The position numbers were made by a program, and so were the translations under genes. Of a DNA stretch of 21,405 nt, positions 8,646 through 17,105 are shown piece by piece. Within the stretch, counting starts at the first letter, position 1. Each line of letters starts with the position of its first letter. The notes under the pieces were generated by a model that had not been told where the DNA came from, did no database searches, and was given only the letters and a program-made list of their open reading frames with translations. Origin of the DNA: Caldisericaceae bacterium (GTDB lineage: Bacteria; Caldisericota; Caldisericia; Caldisericales; Caldisericaceae); contig JBMFRX010000019.1 of the NCBI GenBank assembly GCA_049967855.1, positions 1 through 21,405 of the forward strand. Direction: 5' to 3'.

Positions 8646-9863
8646 TTAGCCTTCGGTATAAATTTCCTTTTCTTTTGGACTCTCTTTCCCAAAGATTGCA
8701 AAGAACAATGTCCCCGCAATGCCAAATGCAAACGCAGTCATAAAATTCACTTTTGGGCTGATGTTCCACAGGAATCCTGCAGAGAAAGCTGCCATTGACA
8801 CAATAACATCACGAATCAGATAGTAAGTGCCGAATGTTGATGCTTTTGCATCGTGCGGCGCAAGGTCGAGGATTAGGGATTTACGCGTAGGTTCTCCAAA
8901 TTCTTTTAATCCTCTTATGATAAAAGCAAAAACGAGCATTTCAAAAGTCCTTGAGTAGTAGATGAACAGGGGAAATATTGTAAAAAAGCAGAAAGTTATA
9001 ACAACAAATTGTTTTTTCCCGTACCTATCGGCAAGGAAAGCAATGGGGATGTACACAGTCATCGCTGTTAGCATTTCAATACCTGTAAGAACGCCAAATT
9101 GAAGGGCGCTAAAATGGAGATTGTTGACGACCCAAATTACGACAAATGCATAAGGGATCTGTTCTGCAAATCTTATGAGGATGTCAGAGACGAGCAACAA
9201 CCTGAGGTCTGGATTTATTCCAGAAAAAGATTCCTTTATGGTCATTCCTTTACCCTTGATTGCAGGGTCATCTGCCATATATTTTCTTATAAAGAAAATG
9301 GACATCAAGCCAAGTAGAAGCGCGCATGCAAATGCAATTTTAACTCCAATGACTTTTCCATACACTCCTATCAAGACTCCGCCAAGGATAGGTCCAAGCC
9401 CCATAGGGATTCTTCTTACAAGGGAATGCAGCGAGACGCCCATTGTTTGTTTTTCTTTCTTTACAGATTTTGAAACAAGGCTCATTATAGCGGGGAGCGA
9501 TATCGCAGTCCAGGAAATAAAAAATACTGCACCTACAAGCACTGCTTTCCATCCAGGGAAGATTATTACAATGAGATACCCTATCATTGCCATCACAATG
9601 AAAGCAATTAGTGATTTCTTGTAGCCGATTCTGTCGCTCAGGTAGCCTCCAGGAAAAGAATAAATGGCACTCAGGAGGTTGTCCATTCCGTTCAAGAGCG
9701 CAACAAACACCGACGAGCCGCCAAGGGCAACGATATAAAGAGGCAGGAATCTTTCTGCCATCTTTTCACCCAGGCCTAAGAATATCACCATAGTAAGCAT
9801 AGTGACCATTGTTCTATTTAAGCCCAGGAAGTCTGTTATATGCTTTATTGGGTTTCTTTTCAT
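8646..9863 (-). CDS. Major facilitator superfamily transporter
   Basis: 405 aa with about 12 hydrophobic segments; motif A-like GYLSDRIGYKK and FLADRYGKK in the two halves. Confidence 0.9.
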   Translation of the reverse strand: MKRNPIKHITDFLGLNRTMVTMLTMVIFLGLGEKMAERFLPLYIVALGGSSVFVALLNGMDNLLSAIYSFPGGYLSDRIGYKKSLIAFIVMAMIGYLIVIIFPGWKAVLVGAVFFISWTAISLPAIMSLVSKSVKKEKQTMGVSLHSLVRRIPMGLGPILGGVLIGVYGKVIGVKIAFACALLLGLMSIFFIRKYMADDPAIKGKGMTIKESFSGINPDLRLLLVSDILIRFAEQIPYAFVVIWVVNNLHFSALQFGVLTGIEMLTAMTVYIPIAFLADRYGKKQFVVITFCFFTIFPLFIYYSRTFEMLVFAFIIRGLKEFGEPTRKSLILDLAPHDAKASTFGTYYLIRDVIVSMAAFSAGFLWNISPKVNFMTAFAFGIAGTLFFAIFGKESPKEKEIYTEG

Positions 9864-9879
9864 TTGCTACTTTTCAGTC

Positions 9880-10320
9880 TCATTTAGCTTTTTCTTTTGC
9901 TAATTGCAATTTTAGGAACGCATAAAGCGCATCGTAAACTAAGAATTGATTTTCAAGATTTTCGTAATCGTTAGGTATCATCACGGAAAAACCAGAAGCA
10001 ATTGCCTCAAGTCCTGGCGCATAAGGATTTTCATCGAGCTTGCCTGTGTCTGCAGCGTTTACGACATCAGCAATTTTATGAAGCACAGGATCTTTCAATC
10101 CGTATTTCTCGATAATCGTTACAAAACTGCAATGCCCGTCTCTGTGCCCCAGTTCTACGCCCTCTGCGTCAAACGGAATCGCATCCATTTTCTCTGCCGT
10201 GTTTATTACCATTGTTGGTGCTACAAATAAGAACTCTGCATCTGAATCAATGAATCTTGAGATAAGCCATGGACAGGCAACCCTATCCACGTGAACGTGA
10301 GCTCTTGTAACCCATTTCAC
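9880..10320 (-). CDS. Stand-alone chromate-resistance ChrB C-terminal domain protein (ChrF-like)
   Basis: MKWVTR..VHVDRVACPWLI.RFID.DAEFLFV, AIPFD, H..GHCSF, IADVV.AAD, GLEAI, YDALY. GTG start after AAGGAGG. Confidence 0.85.
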   Translation of the reverse strand: MKWVTRAHVHVDRVACPWLISRFIDSDAEFLFVAPTMVINTAEKMDAIPFDAEGVELGHRDGHCSFVTIIEKYGLKDPVLHKIADVVNAADTGKLDENPYAPGLEAIASGFSVMIPNDYENLENQFLVYDALYAFLKLQLAKEKAK

Positions 10321-10349
10321 ATTTGCCTCCTTGCATCATGTGAATTATA

Positions 10350-11276
10350 TTAATTGTCTTCTCTTTTTTTGCGTTCTTTCGGATCAATATGGGCAGTAAC
10401 GTTGTAAGCTTGAGCTGCCTCTTTTACTTTGTCTTCGACGTTTGTTGCTATTTCATGAGCCTCATCAACTGAAAGATCATCATTCACCTCAACGTGAAGC
10501 GAGATGATTTTGTTTGTAAGATAATCGTGCACATATACATCGTGCAGGCCAATGACACCTGGAACAGAAAGAGCAGCTTCTCCGATTTTCTCAACCAACT
10601 CAGCATCTGGAGCTTCACCAATGAGAAGATTGGATGAAGAAAGAGTGAGTTCAACTGCCACCCATCCTATTAGCGCTGCAACGAAAAGTGCAAGTATTCC
10701 ATCTACAAAGTAAAGGTTGAACTTCATAAAAATAAGACCGATTGCTACAAGCGCTGAGGCAATTGCATCGCTTCTATGGTGCCAGGCATCTGCGATTAGT
10801 GCCCCTGAGTTAATCTTTTTGCCAAGAAAGATTGAAAAGCCTGCCATCCATTCTTTGAAACCAGCAGAGGCAAACATAAATATTACTGCAATGTAATTGA
10901 ATTCAACTTTTTGTGGGTGCAGTAGTCGGGTGACTGCGTCTCTCCCAACCTCGTAAGCTACGATGAACAGAAGGAAGGCGATTATAAGAGTTGCTATTAT
11001 TTCGATTCTGCCATGACCAAAAGGATGTTCCTTGTCGGGAGGCTTCTCTCCAAGCTTAAAGCCGACAATAACCACTGCAGATGTCAATACATCCGAAAGA
11101 GAATGAAATGCATCTGCAATGAGCGAAAGAGAATTAATTGCAAGCCCAAGAAGCAGCTTTCCAATGAATAGAGCAAAGTTTCCGAAAATACTCACCCACG
11201 CCTCAAGATAACCTATCGACTGTCTTGAGCGCTCTTTCTTAAAATAGTTTTTTAATAGCCAGGCATTGAAACCCAT
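10350..11276 (-). CDS. Cation diffusion facilitator (CzcD/FieF family) metal exporter
   Basis: SLIADAFHSLSD (TM2 HxxxD), PPDKEHPFGHGR, LIADAWHHRSD (TM5 HxxxD), and a C-terminal dimerisation domain (LHVEV, EAHEIA, AHIDP). Confidence 0.93.
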   Translation of the reverse strand: MGFNAWLLKNYFKKERSRQSIGYLEAWVSIFGNFALFIGKLLLGLAINSLSLIADAFHSLSDVLTSAVVIVGFKLGEKPPDKEHPFGHGRIEIIATLIIAFLLFIVAYEVGRDAVTRLLHPQKVEFNYIAVIFMFASAGFKEWMAGFSIFLGKKINSGALIADAWHHRSDAIASALVAIGLIFMKFNLYFVDGILALFVAALIGWVAVELTLSSSNLLIGEAPDAELVEKIGEAALSVPGVIGLHDVYVHDYLTNKIISLHVEVNDDLSVDEAHEIATNVEDKVKEAAQAYNVTAHIDPKERKKREDN

Positions 11277-11300
11277 TTTTAATCCTCCGTTTAAGTTTTT

Positions 11301-11363
11301 TGAAAGTCCTGCAGTTAGGTGTCTGCTGCTCTCTGAGCCCGGCGAATTCTGCCTGTTCTTTCA
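11301..11363 (-). ncRNA. NiCo (czcD) metal-sensing riboswitch, compact form
   Basis: RNA reads UGAAAG-AACA-GGC AGAAUUC GCC-GG-GCUC AGA GAGC-A-GCAG ACACCUAA CUGC-AGGA-CUUUCA. This forms a four-helix junction with the NiCo-like conserved blocks GAxCAGGC, GCCGGGC, GCAGCAG and CUGCAGGAC. It sits in the 5' UTR of a CDF gene, the canonical context. Confidence 0.85.
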
Positions 11364-11371
11364 GTATAAAG

Positions 11372-11399
11372 ATTATATCAGAATTTTGTCGTAAGGCAA
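11372..11399 (-). promoter_or_regulatory. Predicted promoter of the riboswitch-CDF operon
   Basis: Minus strand TTGCCT (11399-11394), 16-bp spacer, TGA-TATAAT (11377-11372); predicted start near 11365, just before P1. Confidence 0.7.
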
Positions 11400-11407
11400 A
11401 TGTATAT

Positions 11408-11433
11408 AAAAAGCCCGAGGAAGCCTCGGGCTT
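11408..11433 (-). terminator. Rho-independent terminator after the carbohydrate ABC permeases
   Basis: Perfect 10-bp inverted repeat AAGCCCGAGG-CTT-CCTCGGGCTT followed by TTTATAT on the minus strand. Confidence 0.85.
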
Positions 11434-11456
11434 AATTGCATATTTTTTGTAGCAGC

Positions 11457-12290
11457 TTATCCTTTGACAGCGCCCTTTGAAATTCCTTCAATGAACTGGT
11501 TCTGGAAGGCCAAGAATAGAACAAGGACAGGTACCGTAGCCATTGTGGCAGCTGCGGCAAGCAAATTCCAGTTGGTGCCTTCTGCGCCGATAAATGAGTA
11601 CATTGCAACCTCAAGCACCATATAGTTTGCGCTGGTGTTAACAATTAACGGCCACATAAAGGCATTCCAGCTGCCGAGGAATACAAAAATAGCCAGGGCA
11701 AGAAGCGTCGGTTTTATTATAGGCATTGCTATAGACCAATAGTATCTGCCAATTGTACAGCCGTCAATTTGAGAAGCCTCCCAAAGCTCGTCAGGTATCT
11801 GCCTGAAAGCCTGCCTTGAAAGGAAAATACCAAATACGCTTGCCCCGAACGGGATAATGAGTGCCTGGTATGAGTTGAGCCAGTTAATTCTCGCCAGTGT
11901 TACATAGTTTGGAATGAGAAGTAGCTCGCCTGGAATCATCATTAGTCCAAGAATAAACATAAACAATTTTGACTTGCCTGGGAATTTTATTTTTGCAAAT
12001 GCGAAACCTGCAAGTGAAGAGTTTATAAGCGATAATATTGTTGTGGCAAGCGCTACGAAGATTGTGTTTATTATGTACCTCCACCACGAAACACCCTGCG
12101 GGGGATTATGCCACATATCAACGTAATTCTTGAAATAAAAATCTGGAATTAATTTAGGTGGGTAATTGAAAAGGTTTTGCGGGCTTGCCAGAGATGTAAC
12201 TATCATCCAGTAAAATGGGAAAATCATAATAAGCAGTACGATTGTAAGAATCACGTAAGTCCAAAAGTAATTCCTTTTCTTTTCGTTCAT
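11457..12290 (-). CDS. Carbohydrate ABC transporter permease (CUT1, MalG/UgpE-like)
   Basis: FPFYWMIVTS, EAA-loop IPDELWEASQIDGC, WNAFMWPLI, FQNQFIEGI..GAVKG. Confidence 0.92.
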   Translation of the reverse strand: MNEKKRNYFWTYVILTIVLLIMIFPFYWMIVTSLASPQNLFNYPPKLIPDFYFKNYVDMWHNPPQGVSWWRYIINTIFVALATTILSLINSSLAGFAFAKIKFPGKSKLFMFILGLMMIPGELLLIPNYVTLARINWLNSYQALIIPFGASVFGIFLSRQAFRQIPDELWEASQIDGCTIGRYYWSIAMPIIKPTLLALAIFVFLGSWNAFMWPLIVNTSANYMVLEVAMYSFIGAEGTNWNLLAAAATMATVPVLVLFLAFQNQFIEGISKGAVKG

Positions 12291-13243
12291 GATACTTCTC
12301 CTTCCGCGCTTTCGCCAGAGTAAAAGACTTTTCTTCCTGTTGACCTGAACTGCAGGATAGTGATTATGAAAATTATAACGAACAGGACTACAGCGATTGC
12401 ACTTGCAAAACCAGTGTTCCAGTTTACAAATGCCTCATGGTAGAGCAAGTATGCAATCGTTTGCGTCATTCCGTAAGGGCCGCCATTTGTGAGCACCAGG
12501 ACTGGCGTGAACATCTTGAACGCACCTATGAGAGAGATGATGAAAATATAGAAAGTCGTAGGAGAAAGCAGCGGCCAGGTAATTTTCCAGAATACCTGTG
12601 ATTGATTAGCTCCATCGATTTCTGCTGCCTCTTGAAGCTCCTTTGAGACACTCGTAAGCCCTGCCATGAAAAGTATCGTTGAGTATCCAACATCGTGCCA
12701 GACAGTGTAGATAACGATTGCAAACAATGCACTTGGAAAGCCTAAAAGCCACTGAGAAGTCGGCAGGTGCAATAGTTTTAAGATTGAGTTGAGTAGACCG
12801 TAATCATTGTTGTTATAAATCCACATCCAGACGATTGATGTTGCAACAAGCGGGGTTACATAAGAAATGAAAATTCCAAGCCTGAAAAACCCCCTTAGTT
12901 TTATTGGTTTCATAAGAAGCGTTGCCAGGAAAAGAGACAAACTTAGCGACACAGGAACGCTTATTGCTACGTATTCTAATGTGACGAGAACTGCGTGCCA
13001 GAAGTCTTTTGCGTAAGGCATTTTAAAGATGAGGTTTACGTAGTTTTGAAGGCCTAAGAACGTTTTCTGTCCGAGCATACTCCAGTTAAATGTGGAAAGG
13101 TAGAAAACATACAATGTGGGGAAAATCGCAAATATCAAGAGAATCAGAAGAGCAGGTGCTATAAAACCGTAACCTGTCAAATATTCTTTGATTTTCCTTC
13201 GCTTTTTGCTTTGAATCAGGTTTTGCTGTAATCTTTCTTCCAT
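12287..13243 (-). CDS. Carbohydrate ABC transporter permease (CUT1, MalF/UgpA-like)
   Basis: GYGFIAPA, FLGLQNY, EAA-loop ELQEAAEIDGA, LTNGGP, GFASAIAVVLF. AAGGAG RBS. Confidence 0.92.
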   Translation of the reverse strand: MEERLQQNLIQSKKRRKIKEYLTGYGFIAPALLILLIFAIFPTLYVFYLSTFNWSMLGQKTFLGLQNYVNLIFKMPYAKDFWHAVLVTLEYVAISVPVSLSLSLFLATLLMKPIKLRGFFRLGIFISYVTPLVATSIVWMWIYNNNDYGLLNSILKLLHLPTSQWLLGFPSALFAIVIYTVWHDVGYSTILFMAGLTSVSKELQEAAEIDGANQSQVFWKITWPLLSPTTFYIFIISLIGAFKMFTPVLVLTNGGPYGMTQTIAYLLYHEAFVNWNTGFASAIAVVLFVIIFIITILQFRSTGRKVFYSGESAEGEVS

Positions 13244-13272
13244 TTCTACTCCTTTATTGAATTCTTTCTATC

Positions 13273-13300
13273 ATTTTATGCATTTTTCACTTGCAGTCAA
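13273..13300 (-). promoter_or_regulatory. Predicted promoter for the permease pair
   Basis: Minus strand TTGACT (13300-13295), 16-bp spacer, TAAAAT (13278-13273). Confidence 0.65.
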
Positions 13301-13307
13301 TACAATT

Positions 13308-14255
13308 TTAAGGCTTAGCTGTATGGGAAAGGTCCCACTTCCACAAAGTGAGAAGTTCGCTAATAATATTTGGATCTTTAGTTAGTATTGCAGTTTCTCT
13401 CTCGTTCTCGAGAGAAGGAGTCGTGAAGTTGTTGGAGCCAATGTATGCAAGAGTATCGTCGATTATAAAGACTTTTGCATGCACGTATGGATTTGGCAGG
13501 GCGTTGACTCCTGTTTGCAGTGCGTTCAAAGCTGTTTGTGCATAAGAACCTGGCATAATGATTTGCACATCAACTCCTTTTGACTTCTGGTCTTTCAATA
13601 TGTTGACTATCGATGGGTCTTCAACTTCTTGTTCCCATATTTTGATGCTCTTTGTAGCGCTCTTTAAGGCTGCTTCAATTTTTGCACGCGAATCAATAGG
13701 GCTTATAATAACCGACGGGTCGTTATTTTTGTATGACAATCTCTGCCAATCAGCGTTGAAGAGGCCCTCAAATTCCTGAGCTTTAGTGGCATCCTGCATA
13801 ATTATGCCAAAGTCCCTATCTTTTGTGAAGTCTGAATAGGTAAAATTGCCAGAAAGCACTATGACTTCGGAGCTGTCAATAATAATGTATTTTGCATGCG
13901 TGATAAAGAAGTCTGGGCTTGCCCATTTGCAGGTGATGCCGTATTTTGTAAGCATAGCTCTTGCATCCCAATTTTCTGTTTCTGCATTGTAAGGCGCTCT
14001 TTCAAGCATTATCTTTATATGTACTCCCTTTTTTGCCTGCGTAACAAGTGAAGGGAAAAAGTCAAAGTCGGTTAGTCCGTACATATTTATGTAGATTGAT
14101 TTTTTTGCTTTCATAAACTCGTTTATGAGTGTACCTGTGCTTGAAAAAGGCTGCACGATGAGCCTATTGCTATCGCTTTCCTGTGCAGTTGCAATGATTG
14201 GTGATAAAGTTGTAAGCACTAAAAGAACCAAAAGTATTGATATAACTTTTTTCAC
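13308..14255 (-). CDS. Secreted phospholipase D superfamily protein (two HKD motifs)
   Basis: Sec signal peptide MKKVISILLVLLVLTTLSPIIATA; HAKYIIID..LSGN and HAKVFIID..IGSNN..ENERE. GTGA overlap with the upstream gene, AGGAGG RBS. Confidence 0.88.
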   Translation of the reverse strand: MKKVISILLVLLVLTTLSPIIATAQESDSNRLIVQPFSSTGTLINEFMKAKKSIYINMYGLTDFDFFPSLVTQAKKGVHIKIMLERAPYNAETENWDARAMLTKYGITCKWASPDFFITHAKYIIIDSSEVIVLSGNFTYSDFTKDRDFGIIMQDATKAQEFEGLFNADWQRLSYKNNDPSVIISPIDSRAKIEAALKSATKSIKIWEQEVEDPSIVNILKDQKSKGVDVQIIMPGSYAQTALNALQTGVNALPNPYVHAKVFIIDDTLAYIGSNNFTTPSLENERETAILTKDPNIISELLTLWKWDLSHTAKP

Positions 14256-16531
14256 TGGTCACCTCCTAACGTTATTGTTACTTGTTTGCTGATGTTGTCC
14301 CAGGCCACCGTTGCTTTGAAACTCTCTGAAACGAAACGGATTGGGACATATGTCCTGCTCCCAATAATTTCTGGAACAACGCTCGGATTAGTTGAGTCAA
14401 TCTGGACTGAGTTGCCATCGACAAAAGCAGTAGATTTGCCTATGTAAAGAACTATCTCATGATTGTTTAGAGTTATCGTGACTTTCTTTTCTGAATCACT
14501 CCAGGCAACTTTTGCCCCGAGTGCATCTGATACGAACCTTATCGGCACGAGTGTGCGGCTGTTCTTTATAACTGGTGCTGCATCAGTTGCAACGTATTTG
14601 CCATTTACAAGCATTCCCGTTTGACCAACAGTCATTTTGACAACAGTAGGCGATGTCTGTGAAAGGGTGAAAATTCCTCCAGAGCTTGTGAGTGCTATCA
14701 TCAGGCCTGATTTATTTGCGTTGAAATCGGGAGTAAGGGAAACTTGAGTGATATACCTGTTTGAAATATTGTAGTATTGATTGCTGAAACTGCCGAAATT
14801 GTTGTTTGTTACATAGACATACCCCCATGCTCCAACAACTGCAGTACCGTCAGTTGCAAAATTGGGAGAGAAAGCGCATCCATCAGCCCAGGTTGTTCCT
14901 AAATCGTACACAGGTGAAAAGTGAGCGCCTCTGTCTCTGGATATGAATTCCCCAGAGGCAGTTCCTACAAGAATAGTGCCGTCAGATTGGTAACCTGGAG
15001 AAAGTGCAAGCCCTGTTATTGCAAGTCCAGAAAAGACGTTGTTTGCAATTTCCTTGAAGGAGTTTCCATTGTCAGACGAAAGGTATAAGCTACCACCAGA
15101 TGTGCCTGCTATTATTGTGTTGCCACTTGTTTTTAAACCGCTTATATTTGTGTCTATGCTCCATAAGTCTTTAACTTTGGATGCTGTCTTGAAATTGAGG
15201 TCAGTGATGTATAATCCATCATCCTTTGTACCGATTACAATAACTGGAGGATTTGCTTCCTCTATGAAACTTATAGAGTCATTTTTCAAGATATCTGCCT
15301 GAGTGAATGATTTTGCGTTGTCAACAGAATTCCAGATTCCTTCTCCGAACGTGCCAACGCTTATTGTTCCATTTGAAAGCTCTTTAACTTGTGATATTTG
15401 ATGGTCTGTCATATTGGAAGTATTGGTAAAGCTTTTGCAACCATCTTTTGAAATGTACAGCCCGTTCAGTACGGTGCCTAGATAAGCCGTGTGGTTGCTT
15501 GCGTAATTCTTTGAAAAGTCAATACACGACACGTTAACATTGGTGATTCCAGTGTTAGCAAGTGCAAAAGAGGAAAGGTTCGACGCTTTAATCACTCCGT
15601 ACTCGAAAGAAGCAATGAGTGCCGAGTTTGATTTTGTAAAATCAGGATAAAGAGAAAGAGATATGTTTGTTGAGTGGACACTTGAAGGAAGCTCCTCGAA
15701 GACAGAGCCTCTTTTTACTTCAAGGCCTCCATACGCTTCGAGTGCCACAATCGTGCCATCATCTGCTATTGCCAAATCCGATATGCCAGTACCTTTAAGT
15801 TCGTGAACGAAGTCTTTTCCGTTGTCAGAAATGAAAAGCCCGTCGTCGTAGGAAGAAGCAACAATTTGGTTTTTATACACAGCAATTGCTGAAATAGCTC
15901 CTTCACTCAAATTAGAAGCAAGAGTCTCGAAGCTCTTGTCTGTCAGATTGACTTTGTATATTGTCCCCATTTCGCAGCCTACGTAAGCTAAATTGCCGTC
16001 AACTGTAAACGTTGTTGGGAATAACTTGTCAAAAGTGTTAACTGTGCTCCACTGGGTATCCTGTGGTTTGATTTCAGAAAAGAAACCGTCGAAAGTAAGC
16101 GCAAAGAAATTCCCGCTTGCATCAGTATCGACCTTCGTAATGTAAGTGCTTGAAAGTCCTTTTTGAAAGCTTGTCCAGGTTTTCCCTGAGTCTTTTGAAA
16201 TGTAGAGCCCAGCTTTCGAGCCTGCAATCAGCGTGTTGTCGGTTGCGAAGTTTCTTGATAAAGCAATTGTCGTTGCTCCTTCTCCCCCTGTGTAATTGAG
16301 AATATTCCAGTTTTCCCCGCCATCGTTTGAAGAGTACAATCCCTCAGGCCCTGCGGCAAAAATGGTTTTGTCTGAAGAAAAGTTAGGAGAAAATTTGATT
16401 GTGTCAATCTCCCCGCCGTAAACGCCAATAGGTTTTTTCCATTGGTTTTGATTGTCACCTTTGGTTGGAGAAACGTTCAAAACAAGGGCGACAACAATGA
16501 GCAGAAGTAAGATAATTCTCTTTTTTCTCAT
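14252..16531 (-). CDS. Secreted Asp-box (BNR/VPS10/YCF48-like) beta-propeller protein with C-terminal copper amine oxidase-N (stalk) domain
   Basis: Signal peptide MRKKRIILLLL. Asp-box repeats SNDGGENW, SKDSGKTW, SKDGCKSF, SVDNAKSF, SSDNGNSF, SRDRGAHF. C-terminal APVIKNSRTLVPIRFVSDALGAKVAW and SRTYVPIRFVSESF. Start placed at 16531 after GGAGG. Confidence 0.85.
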   Translation of the reverse strand: MRKKRIILLLLIVVALVLNVSPTKGDNQNQWKKPIGVYGGEIDTIKFSPNFSSDKTIFAAGPEGLYSSNDGGENWNILNYTGGEGATTIALSRNFATDNTLIAGSKAGLYISKDSGKTWTSFQKGLSSTYITKVDTDASGNFFALTFDGFFSEIKPQDTQWSTVNTFDKLFPTTFTVDGNLAYVGCEMGTIYKVNLTDKSFETLASNLSEGAISAIAVYKNQIVASSYDDGLFISDNGKDFVHELKGTGISDLAIADDGTIVALEAYGGLEVKRGSVFEELPSSVHSTNISLSLYPDFTKSNSALIASFEYGVIKASNLSSFALANTGITNVNVSCIDFSKNYASNHTAYLGTVLNGLYISKDGCKSFTNTSNMTDHQISQVKELSNGTISVGTFGEGIWNSVDNAKSFTQADILKNDSISFIEEANPPVIVIGTKDDGLYITDLNFKTASKVKDLWSIDTNISGLKTSGNTIIAGTSGGSLYLSSDNGNSFKEIANNVFSGLAITGLALSPGYQSDGTILVGTASGEFISRDRGAHFSPVYDLGTTWADGCAFSPNFATDGTAVVGAWGYVYVTNNNFGSFSNQYYNISNRYITQVSLTPDFNANKSGLMIALTSSGGIFTLSQTSPTVVKMTVGQTGMLVNGKYVATDAAPVIKNSRTLVPIRFVSDALGAKVAWSDSEKKVTITLNNHEIVLYIGKSTAFVDGNSVQIDSTNPSVVPEIIGSRTYVPIRFVSESFKATVAWDNISKQVTITLGGDQ

Positions 16532-16560
16532 TTCATCCTCCATCTTTAGAATGCCATATT

Positions 16561-16588
16561 GTTATACAGTTTTTTCAACTTTTGTCAA
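16561..16588 (-). promoter_or_regulatory. Predicted promoter for the beta-propeller/PLD operon
   Basis: Minus strand TTGACA (16588-16583), 16-bp spacer, TATAAC (16566-16561). Confidence 0.65.
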
Positions 16589-16655
16589 CGAGTTTTTTAA
16601 TCTGTCTCAGAGCGAATGATTTTTTGAGTATTATTGGAAATCGTCTTTTTTATTA

Positions 16656-16683
16656 TTGCAAATGAATTCAAATTCTGTATAAT
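16656..16683 (+). promoter_or_regulatory. Predicted promoter of the rplS operon
   Basis: TTGCAA (16656-16661), 16-bp spacer, TATAAT (16678-16683), with an AT-rich upstream region. Confidence 0.7.
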
Positions 16684-16718
16684 ATCAAAGGTTAAATATT
16701 CATAAAGGAGTGGTTGAA

Positions 16719-17105
16719 ATGAACGAAATTAAGGAAATTGAACGTGAATATATGAAGAAAAGCGTCACAAAGTTTAATGTTGGCGATACTGTTGAAGTTC
16801 ACGTGAGAGTTAAAGAAGGCGACAAAGAAAGAGTACAGGTTTACGAAGGTACCGTAATTGCAAAGAATGGCGGAGGTATCTCTGAAAGTTTTACCGTAAG
16901 AAAGATTTCTTATGGCGTTGGAGTCGAAAGAGTCTTCCCTGTCCACTCTCCGCTTATTAAGAAGATTAGCGTTAAGAGAAGTGGTTCACCGCGAAGGGCA
17001 AAGCTCTATTACCTGAGAGAGAGGCTTGGAAAGGCTCAAGTTGTAAAGGAACTTAAAGAGAATAAAGTATCAGTCAAGGAAGAGCCAAAAGAGCAAGAAA
17101 ATTAA
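16719..17105 (+). CDS. rplS: 50S ribosomal protein L19
   Basis: [63 protein letters not shown] 16719 after AAGGAGTG. Confidence 0.98.
   Translation: MNEIKEIEREYMKKSVTKFNVGDTVEVHVRVKEGDKERVQVYEGTVIAKNGGGISESFTVRKISYGVGVERVFPVHSPLIKKISVKRSGSPRRAKLYYLRERLGKAQVVKELKENKVSVKEEPKEQEN

Noticed and set aside
9099..10230. Several plus-strand ORFs (72, 149, 60 and 94 aa) opposite the MFS and ChrB-C genes
   Set aside because: Antisense to motif-supported genes and without recognisable features. The same applies to the other short nested or antisense ORFs in the track.
11408..11433. Inverted repeat as an operator or as the riboswitch expression platform
   Set aside because: It lies upstream of the CDF promoter and just after the permease stop, with a U-tract, so it is an ordinary terminator.
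13308..14255. PLD as an anti-phage defence nuclease or a cardiolipin synthase
   Set aside because: It has a cleavable signal peptide, no helicase or methyltransferase neighbours, and no N-terminal TM pair.
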